Source of the DNA: an uncultured Bacillota bacterium
GTDB taxonomy: Bacteria; Sysuimicrobiota; Sysuimicrobiia; Sysuimicrobiales; Segetimicrobiaceae
Assembly: GCA_963804645.1 (NCBI GenBank)
Contig: CAWDRG010000010.1
Location: 32,001-96,000, forward strand
Reading direction: 5' to 3'
Length of the DNA stretch: 64,000 nt
The translations under genes were made by a program, and so were the position numbers. The notes beneath the pieces are model-generated. The model was given only the letters and a program-made list of their open reading frames with translations, had not been told where the DNA came from and ran no database searches. This document shows positions 28,053 through 38,997 of the stretch, piece by piece. The first letter of the stretch is position 1, and every line of letters begins with the position of its first letter.

Positions 28053-30158
28053 ATGGCTAAAGCCCACGAACGTGAGGTCCCGACCGAGGTAACCGAGGCG
28101 GAGATCGCCGTCCACTGGCGGGAAGAAGAGCTCTACCGCCCCTCGCCCAAGTTCATCGCCCAGGCGAACCTGGCGGATCCCGCCGTCGTCGAGCGCTTCG
28201 CCCCCGAGCGCTTCCCCGAGTGCTTCCGCGAGTACGCGGACCTCCTGTCCTGGGACCGCTACTGGCACACGACGCTCGACACCTCCGACGCACCGTTCTG
28301 GAAATGGTTCGTCGGAGGCAAATTGAACGTGTCCTACAACTGCGTCGACCGCCATCTCGCGCAGTACAAGAACAAAGCCGCGTTCATCTTCGTCCCCGAG
28401 CCCGAGGACGCGCCCCACGAGGTGCTCACCTACCAGGAGCTGTACGTGCGCGTCAACGAGGTCGCGGCGCTGCTGCGGGACTTCGCGGGCCTCAAGGCCG
28501 GCGACCGCGTCACGCTGCATCTGCCGATGACGCCGGAGCTGCCGATCACGATGCTGGCGTGCGCGCGGCTCGGCGTCATCCACTCGGTTGTGTTCGGCGG
28601 CTTCAGCGGTGAAGCGTGCGGCCTCCGCGCCGCCGACTCCGGCAGCCGCGTGCTCATCACCATGGACGGCTACTACCGGAACGGCAAGCTGCTCGATCAC
28701 AAGGCGAACGCGGACATCGCGGTCGCCGCCGCCGCCAAAGAGGGCCAGACGATCGACAAGGTGCTGGTGTGGCGCCGGCTCCGGGACCGCGGCGCGTCGG
28801 AGACGCCGATGGTGGCGGGGCGCGACCACATCATGAACGACGTGCTCAAGGCGTACGCCGGCCGGCGCGTCGAGCCGGTCTCGATGGACGCGGAAGCGCC
28901 GCTGTTTCTCATGTACACGAGCGGGACGACCGGCCGGCCGAAGGGCTGCCAGCACCGCACCGGCGGCTACCTCGCGTACGTCGCGGGCACGTCCAAGTAC
29001 ATCCAGGACATCCACCCCACCGACGTGTACTGGTGCTTCGCCGACATCGGCTGGATCACGGGGCACTCGTACATCGTCTACGGGCCGCTGGCGCTCGCGG
29101 CCACTGGCGTCCTGTATGAAGGCGTGCCCACCTATCCCGACGCGGGCCGGCCGTGGCGGATCGCGCAGCAGCTCGACGTCAACATCTTCCACACCTCGCC
29201 CACGACGATCCGGATGCTGCGCAAGGTCGGCCCGGACGAACCCAAGAAGTACGCGTACCACTTCAAGTGCATGACGACGGTCGGCGAACCGATCGAGCCG
29301 GAGGCGTGGCGCTGGTACTATGACACGGTCGGCAAGGGCGAGGCCGCGATCACCGACACGTGGTGGCAGACGGAGAACGGCGGCTTTCTGATCAGCACGA
29401 AGCCGGCGCTCGATCCGATGAAGCCCGGCAGCGCCGGTCCCGCGATGCCCGGCATCTACCCGGTGATCTACGACGAAACCGGGAAGGAGATCCCGGCGGG
29501 TTCGAACAAGGCGGGCAACATCTGCATCCGCAACCCCTGGCCGGGGATCATGCAGACGATCTGGGGCGACCGCGACCGGTACGTCCGCCAGTACTTCGAG
29601 AAGTACAACCGCGCCAAGGCCAGCAAAGACTGGCGGGACTGGCCGTACTTCGCCGGGGACGGCGCGATGCAGGCCGCAGACGGCTACTACCGCATCCTCG
29701 GCCGCGTCGACGACGTGATCAACGTCGCGGGCCACCGCCTCGGCACGAAGGAGATCGAGTCCGCGTGCCTCACGGTCCCGGAGATCGCGGAGGCCGCCGT
29801 CGTGCCGGTGGTCGACGAACTCAGGGGCCGCGTCCCCGAAGTCTACGTCTCACTCCGGCCGGGCATCGCGCCGAGCCGCGAGATCGAGGAGAAGGTGGTG
29901 CGCGCGATCGAGACCTCGATCAGCAAGATCGCGCGGCCGAAGGCGGTGCACATCGTCGCCGACATGCCGAAGACCCGCTCGGGCAAGATCATGCGCCGGA
30001 TCCTCGCCGCGATCTCGAACACGATGGACACCGGCGACACCACGACGCTCGCGAACCCCGATATCGTCGAGCAGATCCGCCAGTCCGTGCAGGGCGCGGC
30101 GCCGGTCGCGACCAAGTCGGCGCCGGAGGACATCAAGCGGTTCGGGGACGAGCGGTAG
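28053..30158 (+). CDS. acs: acetate--CoA ligase (AMP-forming acetyl-CoA synthetase)
   Basis: WFVGGKLNVSYNCVDRH, YTSGTTGRPKG, ADIGWITGHSY, DTWWQTE, PKTRSGKIMRR. Confidence 0.95.
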   Translation: MAKAHEREVPTEVTEAEIAVHWREEELYRPSPKFIAQANLADPAVVERFAPERFPECFREYADLLSWDRYWHTTLDTSDAPFWKWFVGGKLNVSYNCVDRHLAQYKNKAAFIFVPEPEDAPHEVLTYQELYVRVNEVAALLRDFAGLKAGDRVTLHLPMTPELPITMLACARLGVIHSVVFGGFSGEACGLRAADSGSRVLITMDGYYRNGKLLDHKANADIAVAAAAKEGQTIDKVLVWRRLRDRGASETPMVAGRDHIMNDVLKAYAGRRVEPVSMDAEAPLFLMYTSGTTGRPKGCQHRTGGYLAYVAGTSKYIQDIHPTDVYWCFADIGWITGHSYIVYGPLALAATGVLYEGVPTYPDAGRPWRIAQQLDVNIFHTSPTTIRMLRKVGPDEPKKYAYHFKCMTTVGEPIEPEAWRWYYDTVGKGEAAITDTWWQTENGGFLISTKPALDPMKPGSAGPAMPGIYPVIYDETGKEIPAGSNKAGNICIRNPWPGIMQTIWGDRDRYVRQYFEKYNRAKASKDWRDWPYFAGDGAMQAADGYYRILGRVDDVINVAGHRLGTKEIESACLTVPEIAEAAVVPVVDELRGRVPEVYVSLRPGIAPSREIEEKVVRAIETSISKIARPKAVHIVADMPKTRSGKIMRRILAAISNTMDTGDTTTLANPDIVEQIRQSVQGAAPVATKSAPEDIKRFGDER

Positions 30159-30186
30159 CCGCCGGATCCGCAGCGGCCCGAGACAG

Positions 30187-30217
30187 CGGGGCGGGACGGC
30201 CTCGCCGTCCCGCCCCG
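30187..30217. terminator. perfect 14-bp hairpin between convergent genes
   Basis: CGGGGCGGGACGGC-CTC-GCCGTCCCGCCCCG. Confidence 0.6.
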
Positions 30218-30221
30218 ACCG

Positions 30222-30644
30222 TTACTTCTTCATGTTGCCGATTACGCTGTTCGTGGTCGCCTGCGTCGCTTTGAGGAGGTGGCTGAAGGTCTCCTCGAAC
30301 TGATCCTTCTGCTGCATCGCCTCCTGCAGCACCAGCTGGTCCTGCGTGGAGAGGTCCGCGAGCGACGAGATCTGCTGCATGAGGACCGACTGCGACACCC
30401 CGGGCGTGGCGGCGAGCTTCGCGACCGACGCGATCCGGCCGTTCAGCGTCCGGAACGCCGCGAGCTGTTTGCTGTCGATGGCCGTCATAGTCGCGTGGAG
30501 GCGCTCGAGCTGCGCAAGATTGGTCGACACGTCGTTCAGCGTCCGCAGGGTCGCCGAGGAGTCGACGGCGGCCCGGGATCCGGCGGCGAACGGCCCCAGG
30601 GCCGTCCCGATCGTAAGCAGCACCACCCCCAGCGATCTCAGCAT
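30222..30644 (-). CDS. secreted helical protein with T3SS needle (SctF)-like C-terminus, paralog B
   Basis: ATG 30644 after GGGAGG; signal peptide; ends LQEAMQQKDQFEETFSHLLKATQATTNSVIGNMKK. Confidence 0.75.
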   Translation of the reverse strand: MLRSLGVVLLTIGTALGPFAAGSRAAVDSSATLRTLNDVSTNLAQLERLHATMTAIDSKQLAAFRTLNGRIASVAKLAATPGVSQSVLMQQISSLADLSTQDQLVLQEAMQQKDQFEETFSHLLKATQATTNSVIGNMKK

Positions 30645-30672
30645 CGCAGCGCCTCCCATGCGACCCCGGCCG

Positions 30673-31140
30673 TCATTTCATGTTCGCGAGAATCCGTTTC
30701 ATCGTGTCATACCTCGACTTCAGCACGTTGCTCAGCACCGTGTACTGGCGCGAGTCGTTCTGCATCTGCTCCTGCAGCTGCAGGTACTGCAGATTGAAGC
30801 TCATCTGCGTCTGCTGCATCTGCTGGGTCGCCTGCATCAGATCGGTCGAGCTCCCCGAGGACCTTCCTGAGGACACCCCCGACGACGCGGCCAGCTTCGA
30901 GACCGACGCGACCTTGGCGCTCAGCGTCTCGTACAGCGTGGCCATCTTGCCGTGCAGCGCCATCATGTCCGCGTGCAGGCGGTCGAGCTGCGCGGCGGTG
31001 GCGGCCACGTCGTTGAATGCCTGCATCGCGTCCCGCTGCGCGGGCGAGGATTCCACGGCCCCTCCGGGCCCGGCGGCGAACGGAGCCAGGACCGTCCCGA
31101 CCGCCAGCAGCACGACCCCCAGCATCCTCACGATGCGCAT
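30673..31140 (-). CDS. secreted helical protein with T3SS needle (SctF)-like C-terminus, paralog A
   Basis: Signal peptide MRIVRMLGVVLLAVGTVLAPFAA; ends LQEQMQNDSRQYTVLSNVLKSRYDTMKRILANMK. Confidence 0.75.
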   Translation of the reverse strand: MRIVRMLGVVLLAVGTVLAPFAAGPGGAVESSPAQRDAMQAFNDVAATAAQLDRLHADMMALHGKMATLYETLSAKVASVSKLAASSGVSSGRSSGSSTDLMQATQQMQQTQMSFNLQYLQLQEQMQNDSRQYTVLSNVLKSRYDTMKRILANMK

Positions 31141-31203
31141 CGCCCATCCCCCCGGCGGGCCCGCCCGCCCCGTCCTGGTCCGGATGCCGGGCCCGGCCCG
31201 GGT

Positions 31204-32187
31204 CTAGGCCAAGCTCAGTTCGTCTCCGATGCCGCGCGCAAGCGCGTGCTCGTACGCGAGCTTGGCGCTCGCGACGTCCTCCACCGCGAGCCCGAGGGAC
31301 TCGAACAGCGTGATCTCGTCGGCCTCGGTCCGCCCGGGGTGGCCGCCCGCGAACACTTCGCCGATCTCCGCCCGGATGTGCGACGGGCTGAGCGCGTTCA
31401 TCCCGATCGGCACGACCAGATCGCCGGCCTCCGCGAGCGCGCTCTGCCGGCTGTCGACGAACACCCGGCACCGGCGGACGGCGTCGGTATCGAGCTCGCG
31501 CCAGTCCGGCAGGCACGCGCCGACGGCGTTGATGTGCATCCCCGGCTCGAGCCACTCGCCCTCAAGCACCGGGGTGCGGCTCGACGTCACGGTGCAGATC
31601 ACGTCGGCCCCGCGCACGGCGTCGCGCGGCGACCGCACCGCCGAGACGTTCAAGCCGAGCCGCTCCCGCATCTCTCCCGCGAACCGGTCGGCGCGCTCGG
31701 TCGTGCGGCTCCACACGCGCACGTCCTCGACCGGCCGCACCTCGCGCATCGCCTCGAGGTGGCTGTGCGCCTGCACGCCGGCGCCGAGCAGCGCGAGCGT
31801 GCGGCCCGTCCGCGCGGACAGCGCCGCCGTCGCCGCCGCGGACGTCGCCGCGGTCCGCATCTCCGTGATAAGCCGGCCGTCGAGCAGCGCGCGCAGCGCG
31901 CCGGTCTCGGCGTCGAGCAGCAGGATCGTCGCGAGGTGCGTCGGCAGATCGCGGGCGGCGTTTCCGGGGTACACGGTCACGGCCTTGAGCCCGACCGCCT
32001 CCTGCGCGACGAGGTAGGCCGGCATCACCGCCAGCAGCCCGCCGTGCGCGCTGACCGGCACGACCGGGCGCAGCGGCTGCACCGCGCCCCCCGTGCTGAA
32101 CGCGGCGAGGGTACGGTCCATCAGCGGGACGAGCTCCCGCATCGTCAGCAAATCTCTCAGGTGCGCTTCCCGCAGCAGCAGAGCCAT
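31204..32187 (-). CDS. ornithine cyclodeaminase / mu-crystallin family protein
   Basis: MPAY, GLKAVTVYPGN, ITEMRTAATS, GAGVQA, HINAVGA, FESLGLAVEDVA. Confidence 0.92.
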   Translation of the reverse strand: MALLLREAHLRDLLTMRELVPLMDRTLAAFSTGGAVQPLRPVVPVSAHGGLLAVMPAYLVAQEAVGLKAVTVYPGNAARDLPTHLATILLLDAETGALRALLDGRLITEMRTAATSAAATAALSARTGRTLALLGAGVQAHSHLEAMREVRPVEDVRVWSRTTERADRFAGEMRERLGLNVSAVRSPRDAVRGADVICTVTSSRTPVLEGEWLEPGMHINAVGACLPDWRELDTDAVRRCRVFVDSRQSALAEAGDLVVPIGMNALSPSHIRAEIGEVFAGGHPGRTEADEITLFESLGLAVEDVASAKLAYEHALARGIGDELSLA

Positions 32188-32277
32188 CGGCACGCCCTCC
32201 GGGACGTCGGTCTCGACACACGGTCCCCTCCGGAGATTCTGCCGCGTCCGGAGACACTCCCGCCGCCGCGCCGGTGC

Positions 32278-33377
<1,100 letters not shown>

Positions 33378-33380
33378 CGA

Positions 33381-34172
33381 TCACCGCTTCCCGGCGGGGG
33401 AGGCCGCCGCGGCGTCGCGCATCGCCGCGACCTGCGCCTGCGCCGCCCGCAGAAACGTCCGGGTCGCGCTGTCGACGAACATCGTGGCGCCGAGCGCGCG
33501 GTACGCGCGGACGTCGTCCGCGGTGAGCGCGAGGATGCCCACGGCCACGCGGTTCGCGAGGCCCGCCTCGATGATGCGGCGGATCGCCGCCTGCACGTCG
33601 GGGTGGTCGACGCGGCCGGGATGCCCGAGGCTCTGCGACAGGTCCGACGGGCCGATGAACAGCACGTCGGCACCGGGCACGCGGGCGATCGCGTCCACCG
33701 CCTCGAGCCCGCGCCGCGTCTCGATCTGCAGCACGTTCAGGACGGCCGCGTTGCTGGCCGCCACATGGTCCGCGAGCGGCACGAGGCCCCACGACGCCGC
33801 GGGCGTGCCGCCCGCGAGGCTCCGCGTGCCCTCCGGCGCGTACTTGGTGGCCGCCACCGCGGCCGCCGCCTGCTCCACGGTCTCGATCTGGGGGATCATC
33901 ACCCCAAGGCATCCCACGTCGAGCGCCTGGAGCACCTGCTTGGGCCGGTGGTCCGGCACGCGGGCGATCGGCGTCGCCCCGGCCGCCCGGCACGCGCGCG
34001 CCATCGCCAGCCACTGCTCGGGACCGAGCGGGCCGTGCTCGCCGTCGAGCAGCACCCAATCGTAGCCGGCCAGGGCCACGAGCTCGACCACTTCCGGACT
34101 GGGCAGCGGCACGATCGTGCCGAACGCGGGCTCGCCGCGGCGGAGCTTGTCGCGAAGCGGGTTCTGGAGCAT
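33381..34172 (-). CDS. HpcH/HpaI aldolase family protein
   Basis: GYDWVLLDGEHGP, LDVG..GVMIPQI, QIET, FIGPSDLS. Confidence 0.92.
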   Translation of the reverse strand: MLQNPLRDKLRRGEPAFGTIVPLPSPEVVELVALAGYDWVLLDGEHGPLGPEQWLAMARACRAAGATPIARVPDHRPKQVLQALDVGCLGVMIPQIETVEQAAAAVAATKYAPEGTRSLAGGTPAASWGLVPLADHVAASNAAVLNVLQIETRRGLEAVDAIARVPGADVLFIGPSDLSQSLGHPGRVDHPDVQAAIRRIIEAGLANRVAVGILALTADDVRAYRALGATMFVDSATRTFLRAAQAQVAAMRDAAAASPAGKR

Positions 34173-34234
34173 CCATGCCTCCTTGAGGACGATCGCAGCA
34201 TGGATTCCATCCCGGGCGGGAGAATTCCCCCATC

Positions 34235-34885
34235 ATGCCCACGACGCTGTACGTCATCCGCCACGGGATCACGGAGTGGAACGCCGCGCACCGCCTCGCG
34301 GGGCGCCTGCCGGGCGTGCCGCTGAGTGACGACGGACGGCGGGAAGCGAGCGCAGTGTCGGCGCGTCTCGCCGCGGTCCCGCTCGCGGCGGTCGTCTCGA
34401 GCCCGATCGCGCGGGCGCGGGAGACCGCCGAGCTGATCGCGCGGCCGCACGGCCTCACGGTCGTCTCGGACGACGCGTTCACCGAGCGGGAGTACGCGGC
34501 GTGGCAGGGCTTGTTCTCAACCGAGATCCACGCGCGGTTTCCCGACGACGCGCGGGCCCTCGCCCGCGGGGAGCCCGTCACGGGGGTCGAGTCGGTCCGA
34601 GCGATGGCGGAGCGCGTGTGGGACGGCATGGAGCGGCTCGTGCTGGCGCATCCGGACGCCGCGGTCGCGATCGTCTCCCACGCCGATCCGATCCGCGCGC
34701 TGATCACGCGCGTCATCGGCATGCCGGCGTCGCGCCTGCGCGCCGTGACGATCGACACGGCCTCCGTGACGCGGATTCGCCGGAGGGCGCAGCGCGCGGT
34801 GGTGGACTACGCGAACAGCCGGACCCATCTCGAGGGCGCGGGCGCGTGCGGATGGCCCCCGGCCGCGGCCCGGGGCGTCGTCTAG
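34235..34885 (+). CDS. histidine phosphatase (phosphoglycerate mutase) family protein
   Basis: IRHG.T.WN, SSP..RA.ETA, VSHAD. Confidence 0.9.
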   Translation: MPTTLYVIRHGITEWNAAHRLAGRLPGVPLSDDGRREASAVSARLAAVPLAAVVSSPIARARETAELIARPHGLTVVSDDAFTEREYAAWQGLFSTEIHARFPDDARALARGEPVTGVESVRAMAERVWDGMERLVLAHPDAAVAIVSHADPIRALITRVIGMPASRLRAVTIDTASVTRIRRRAQRAVVDYANSRTHLEGAGACGWPPAAARGVV

Positions 34886-34894
34886 GGCGCCGGG

Positions 34895-35446
34895 TCAGGA
34901 GTTGCCGATCAGAATCCCCGCGAGGAAGACGAGCCCGCCGCCGACCACGACCTGCAGCACGGACAGCCAGAAGCTCAGGCCGAAGTAGCGGTTCCGGATC
35001 ATTGCGATCGCGACCAGCTCGACACCGACCACCAGGTACGCGACGGCTAGCGCGACCCCGAGGCGCGGGATCAGAAACGGCAGCGCGTGCATCATGCCGC
35101 CGAGCAGGGTCGCCATCCCGGTGATCGCCCCCCGGATGACGGGATTGCCGCGCCCGGTCACTTCGCCGGTGTCGGACAGCGCCTCCGCGAAGCCCATGCT
35201 GATGCCGGCACCCACCGCGGCCGCGCTGCCCACGAGGAACGCCGTGTGGGGGACCCGCGTCGCGAACGCGGTCGCGAAGAGCGGCGCGAGCGTGGAGATC
35301 GACCCGTCCATCAGCCCGAGCAGCGCCGGCTGCACCACTCTGAGTAGGTACCGCGAGTGCACCTCGCCGGCGGTCGACACCGGAGGGTCTGGCGTCGTCG
35401 GCGCAGCCGCGACCGCCCCCGCCGCCCCCTCGTCGTCGGGCGTCAT
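34895..35446 (-). CDS. VIT1/CCC1 family metal (iron) transporter, MbfA C-terminal-domain-like
   Basis: VQPALLGLMDGSISTLAPLFA, AGISMGFAEALSD.G.VTGRG.P; ATG overlaps stop of Fur-family gene. Confidence 0.85.
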   Translation of the reverse strand: MTPDDEGAAGAVAAAPTTPDPPVSTAGEVHSRYLLRVVQPALLGLMDGSISTLAPLFATAFATRVPHTAFLVGSAAAVGAGISMGFAEALSDTGEVTGRGNPVIRGAITGMATLLGGMMHALPFLIPRLGVALAVAYLVVGVELVAIAMIRNRYFGLSFWLSVLQVVVGGGLVFLAGILIGNS

Positions 35447-35907
35447 CGCCCCCGCCCCGCCCGGCCCCGCCGGCACCGCGGGCACAGCCCGTGCAGCTCG
35501 AACCGGGCCGACCGCACCTGGAACCTCGCCCGGGTCGCGGCCGCGCGCTCGAGCTCACTGAGCCGCATCTCCGGCACGTCCACCACCGTTCCGCACCGCT
35601 CGCAGATCAGGTTCATGTGCGGCCCCACCCTCCCGTCGTATCGCCGGACCGGCCCGCCGATCTCGTGCACCAAGCCGAGCTCTGCAAAGAGGTCGAGCGT
35701 CGCGTACACCGTCGCCTGGCTGAGCCCCGGGAAGCGCCGCCGGACCTCCGCGTACACCGTCCGGGCGCTCGGATGCGTCGTCCGCCCCACGACCGCCTCG
35801 TAGATCGCCATGCGCTGCGGGGTCAGCCGCCCGCCGCGCGCGGCGAGCCGGCGGCGCAGATCGGCCGCGGGCGCGCCTATCTGCATCGGATCCTTATTAG
35901 TATTCAT
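35443..35907 (-). CDS. Fur-family transcriptional regulator (PerR-like); start 35907 or 35886
   Basis: RLTPQR, HPSA, LSQATVYATL, RYD, two CxxC (CERC, CPRC). Confidence 0.9.
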   Translation of the reverse strand: MNTNKDPMQIGAPAADLRRRLAARGGRLTPQRMAIYEAVVGRTTHPSARTVYAEVRRRFPGLSQATVYATLDLFAELGLVHEIGGPVRRYDGRVGPHMNLICERCGTVVDVPEMRLSELERAAATRARFQVRSARFELHGLCPRCRRGRAGRGR

Positions 35908-35916
35908 TCTAGATAA

Positions 35917-35945
35917 ATAGTACTCCGCGCGGCGCCCGGCGTCAA
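35917..35945 (-). promoter_or_regulatory. sigma70 promoter TTGACG-N17-TACTAT for fur/VIT1 operon
   Basis: Hexamers with 17-nt spacing directly before an AT-rich imperfect palindrome. Confidence 0.65.
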
Positions 35946-36006
35946 CGGCAGGGACGGGACGGGCCCGGGGCCAATCACCCCGCGAGACTCCCTGGGGAGG
36001 TGGACG

Positions 36007-36970
36007 ATGCGGCTCGTGACGTTCGCGGCGCGCGGCCGGACGCGGATCGGCGCGCTGGCCGGAGACTGGGTGATCGACCTCACGAGCGCCGCGCAGGCGC
36101 GCGACGCGGCGGCCGGCGCGCCCCATCCTGCGGCGCAGGCCCGCGCGGCCGTCCCCCCGTCGATGCGGCGGTTTCTCGCGGGCGGCGACGACGCGCTGGC
36201 GCTCGCGCGCCGGCTCGTCGACGACACCCGCACACGCCTGACCGGCACAGGAGCCGCGGCCCTCGAAGCCGCGGGCATCGCGTGGCGGCGCGGCGAGGTC
36301 CGCCTCCTCCCGCCGGTCCCGGCGCCGCCGAAGATCCTGTGCGTCGGCCGCAACTACGCCGAGCACGCGCGCGAGGGCGGCAGCGCGCCCCCGGAGATCC
36401 CGATCTTCTTCGGACGGTTTCCCCACAGCCTGCTCGGCCCCGGCGAGCCGTACGTCATGCCGCGCGCGAGCACGCAGGTCGACTATGAGGGCGAGCTGGC
36501 CGTGATCATCGGCGCGGGAGGGCGCGACATCCCCGAAGCGCGCGCGCTCGAGCACGTCGCCGGGTACGCGATCTTCAACGATCTCTCAATCCGGGACTAC
36601 CAGCGGCGGACGTCCCAGTGGATGCTCGGCAAGAACTTCGACCGCAGCGGCCCGTTCGGGCCGGCGCTCGTGACGCGGGACGAGGTCCCGGACCCCCAGG
36701 CGCTGACGCTCACGGTCGACGTGAGCGGCGAGCGAATGCAGGAGGCCGACACGAGCACGATGATCTTCTCGGTCGCCTATCTGATCGCGGACGTCTCCCG
36801 GGCGCTGACGCCTGGAGCCCGGGGACGTGATCGCGACCGGCACGCCGAGCGGCGTCGGATTCGCGCGCACCCCGCCGCGCTGGCTCCGCCCGGGCGACCT
36901 CGTCCGGGTCGAGATCACGGGGCTCGGCGCGCTCGACACACCGATCGTCGCGTCGGACCGGACGAGGTAG
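36007..36970 (+). CDS. fumarylacetoacetate hydrolase family protein, +1 frameshift near 36811
   Basis: [30 protein letters not shown]; removing one C in ACG-C-CTG restores [17 protein letters not shown] to TAG at 36970. Confidence 0.88.
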
Positions 36971-37007
36971 GTTCGCCGCCCCGGCGCATGCGCGCCCCAC
37001 GCGGCAT

Positions 37008-37040
37008 CGGCGGGGCGGGATCGCGGATCCCGCCCCGCCG
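37008..37040. terminator. perfect 15-bp hairpin between convergent genes
   Basis: CGGCGGGGCGGGATC-GCG-GATCCCGCCCCGCCG. Confidence 0.6.
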
Positions 37041-37068
37041 GTTCTACGCGGCCCTGGGCGGGTGACGT

Positions 37069-38606
37069 CTAGCCGGCCGCGACCGGCGCGCCCTGGTCCT
37101 CGGCGCCGTAGTCGTCCCGCGCCGTTTGGTCCGTCCCGCGCGCGACCCCGATCAGGTCGAAGAGCACCGTCAGCACGATCGAGACCACGATGTTCAGCAC
37201 AAACGCGGACAGCCCCGCGTACAGCGGCAGCGTGTGGCCGAAGACGTGGATGGGATAAACCGGCGTGAAGTTGTTCGTCACCGCCATGTAGGTGCCCCAC
37301 ACCATGCCGGCGAGCCACCCGAGGAGCAGCGCCACGTGATGGAACCACCGGGTGTACAGGCCGAACGCGATCGACGGGAACGTCTGTAAAATCCACAGGC
37401 CGCCGAGCAGCTGGAGGTAGATCGCGTACGCGTTCCCCAGGGAGAGGACGAACACGAGCGCGCCGACCTTCACGATCAGCGAGACAAACTTCGCGACGGA
37501 CGCTTCCTCGCCCGGGTCGCTCACCGCCTTGAAGTACGCGTGGTAGATGTTCCGCGTAAAGAGGTTCGAGGCGGCGATGGACATGATCGCGGCCGGCACG
37601 AGCGCGCCGATCGCGATCGCCGCGAACGCGAATCCGGCGAACCACGCCGGGAACATCGCGTTGAACAGGCGCGGGACGATCAGGGTCGGCGACGGGGCGG
37701 TGATCCCCGCGGCGATCGCCATGTAGCCGAGGAGCGCCAGCAGGCCGAGCACGAGGGAGTACGCCGGCAGCAGCGCCGCGTTCCGGCGCACGACCCGGCC
37801 GCTGTACGAGGCGAGCACGCCGGTGATCGCGTGCGGGTACATGAACAGCGCGAGCGCGGAGCCGAGCGCGAGCGACGCGTACGGCATGTACGCCGCGGGC
37901 GGCAGGATCAGCGGAAGCCTTTCTTGGCCGGCAGCGCCGCCGCGGCGGCGGCGAAGATGTGCCCGTAGCCGCCGAGCTTGATCGGGATGATGATCACGGC
38001 CGCGATGACCGTGATGTAGATCATCGTATCCTTCACGAGCGCGATCATCGCCGGCGCGCGCAGGCCGCTCGTGTACGTGTACACCGCCAGGATCAGGAAG
38101 GCGATGATCAGCGGGAGATCGGAGGCCGCGGCCGAGCCCGTGATGCCCATCGTCGCGAGCACGACCTGGATGCCGACGAGCTGCAGCGCGATATACGGCA
38201 TCGTGGCCAGAATCCCGGTGATCGCCACCGCGAGCGCCAGGCCCTTCGAGCCGTAGCGGCCGTTCACGAAATCGGCCGGGGTGATGTAGTGGTGACGCCG
38301 GCAGACGGCCCAGAGGCGGGGCATCAGGACGAATACCAGCGGGTACACGATGATGGTGTAGGGCACGGCGAAGAAGCCGAGCGCGCCCACCCCGAAGATC
38401 AGCGCCGGCACCGCGACGAACGTGTACGCGGTGTACAGGTCGCCGCCGAGCAGAAACCAGGTGACGACGGTCCCAAACCGGCGCCCGGCCAGTCCCCACT
38501 CGTTGAGTTGGGTCAGATCTCCCCGCCGCCAGCTGACCGCGATGAAGCCCAGGACCGTGACGAGGAGAAAGAAGAAGATGAAGACGCCGAGTTCCGTCCA
38601 GTTCAT
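37069..38606 (-). CDS. sodium:solute symporter, MctP/YhjB-like monocarboxylate permease; frameshift near 37915
   Basis: EWGLAGRRFG, WFLLGGDLYTAYTF, ATMPYIALQ in one frame; ALFMYPH, IGALVPAAIMSIAA in the next. Confidence 0.9.
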
Positions 38607-38854
38607 GACTCGGTCCCTCCTCGCGTGAGGCCGTAGATGATCGCGGTCAGGATGGCCGTCAGGAGGAGCCAGAGGAACTGATACCAGTAGAAGAATGGGA
38701 TCCCCGAGAGCTCCGGCTGGTCCATGGCGTAGAACGGAGGCCACAGGAGCGCGATAAACGGGATCAACAAGAGGAGGTAGAGCGGGTGGAAGGCTGGAGA
38801 TGAAGCGGCTTGATCGCTGCGCTTTCCTGGACCCGAACCCGATCCGGTCGCCAC
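38603..38854 (-). CDS. DUF3311 small membrane protein (symporter partner)
   Basis: LLLIPFIALLWPPFY...P.L.GIPFFYWYQ; overlaps symporter start. Confidence 0.85.
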   Translation of the reverse strand: MATGSGSGPGKRSDQAASSPAFHPLYLLLLIPFIALLWPPFYAMDQPELSGIPFFYWYQFLWLLLTAILTAIIYGLTRGGTES

Positions 38855-38997
38855 GGCAGACACCCCCCCGTCGTCATCACGCCGCACGGCGTGTCCTGGC
38901 GCGTTCAGAGCGACCCTGTACGCCATACCCCCCGGCTTTTCCTGGTGACCGGGCGCCGCCGCCGGCGGGTGCCCCCGCCGCGGGATTCCGGCGCCGC

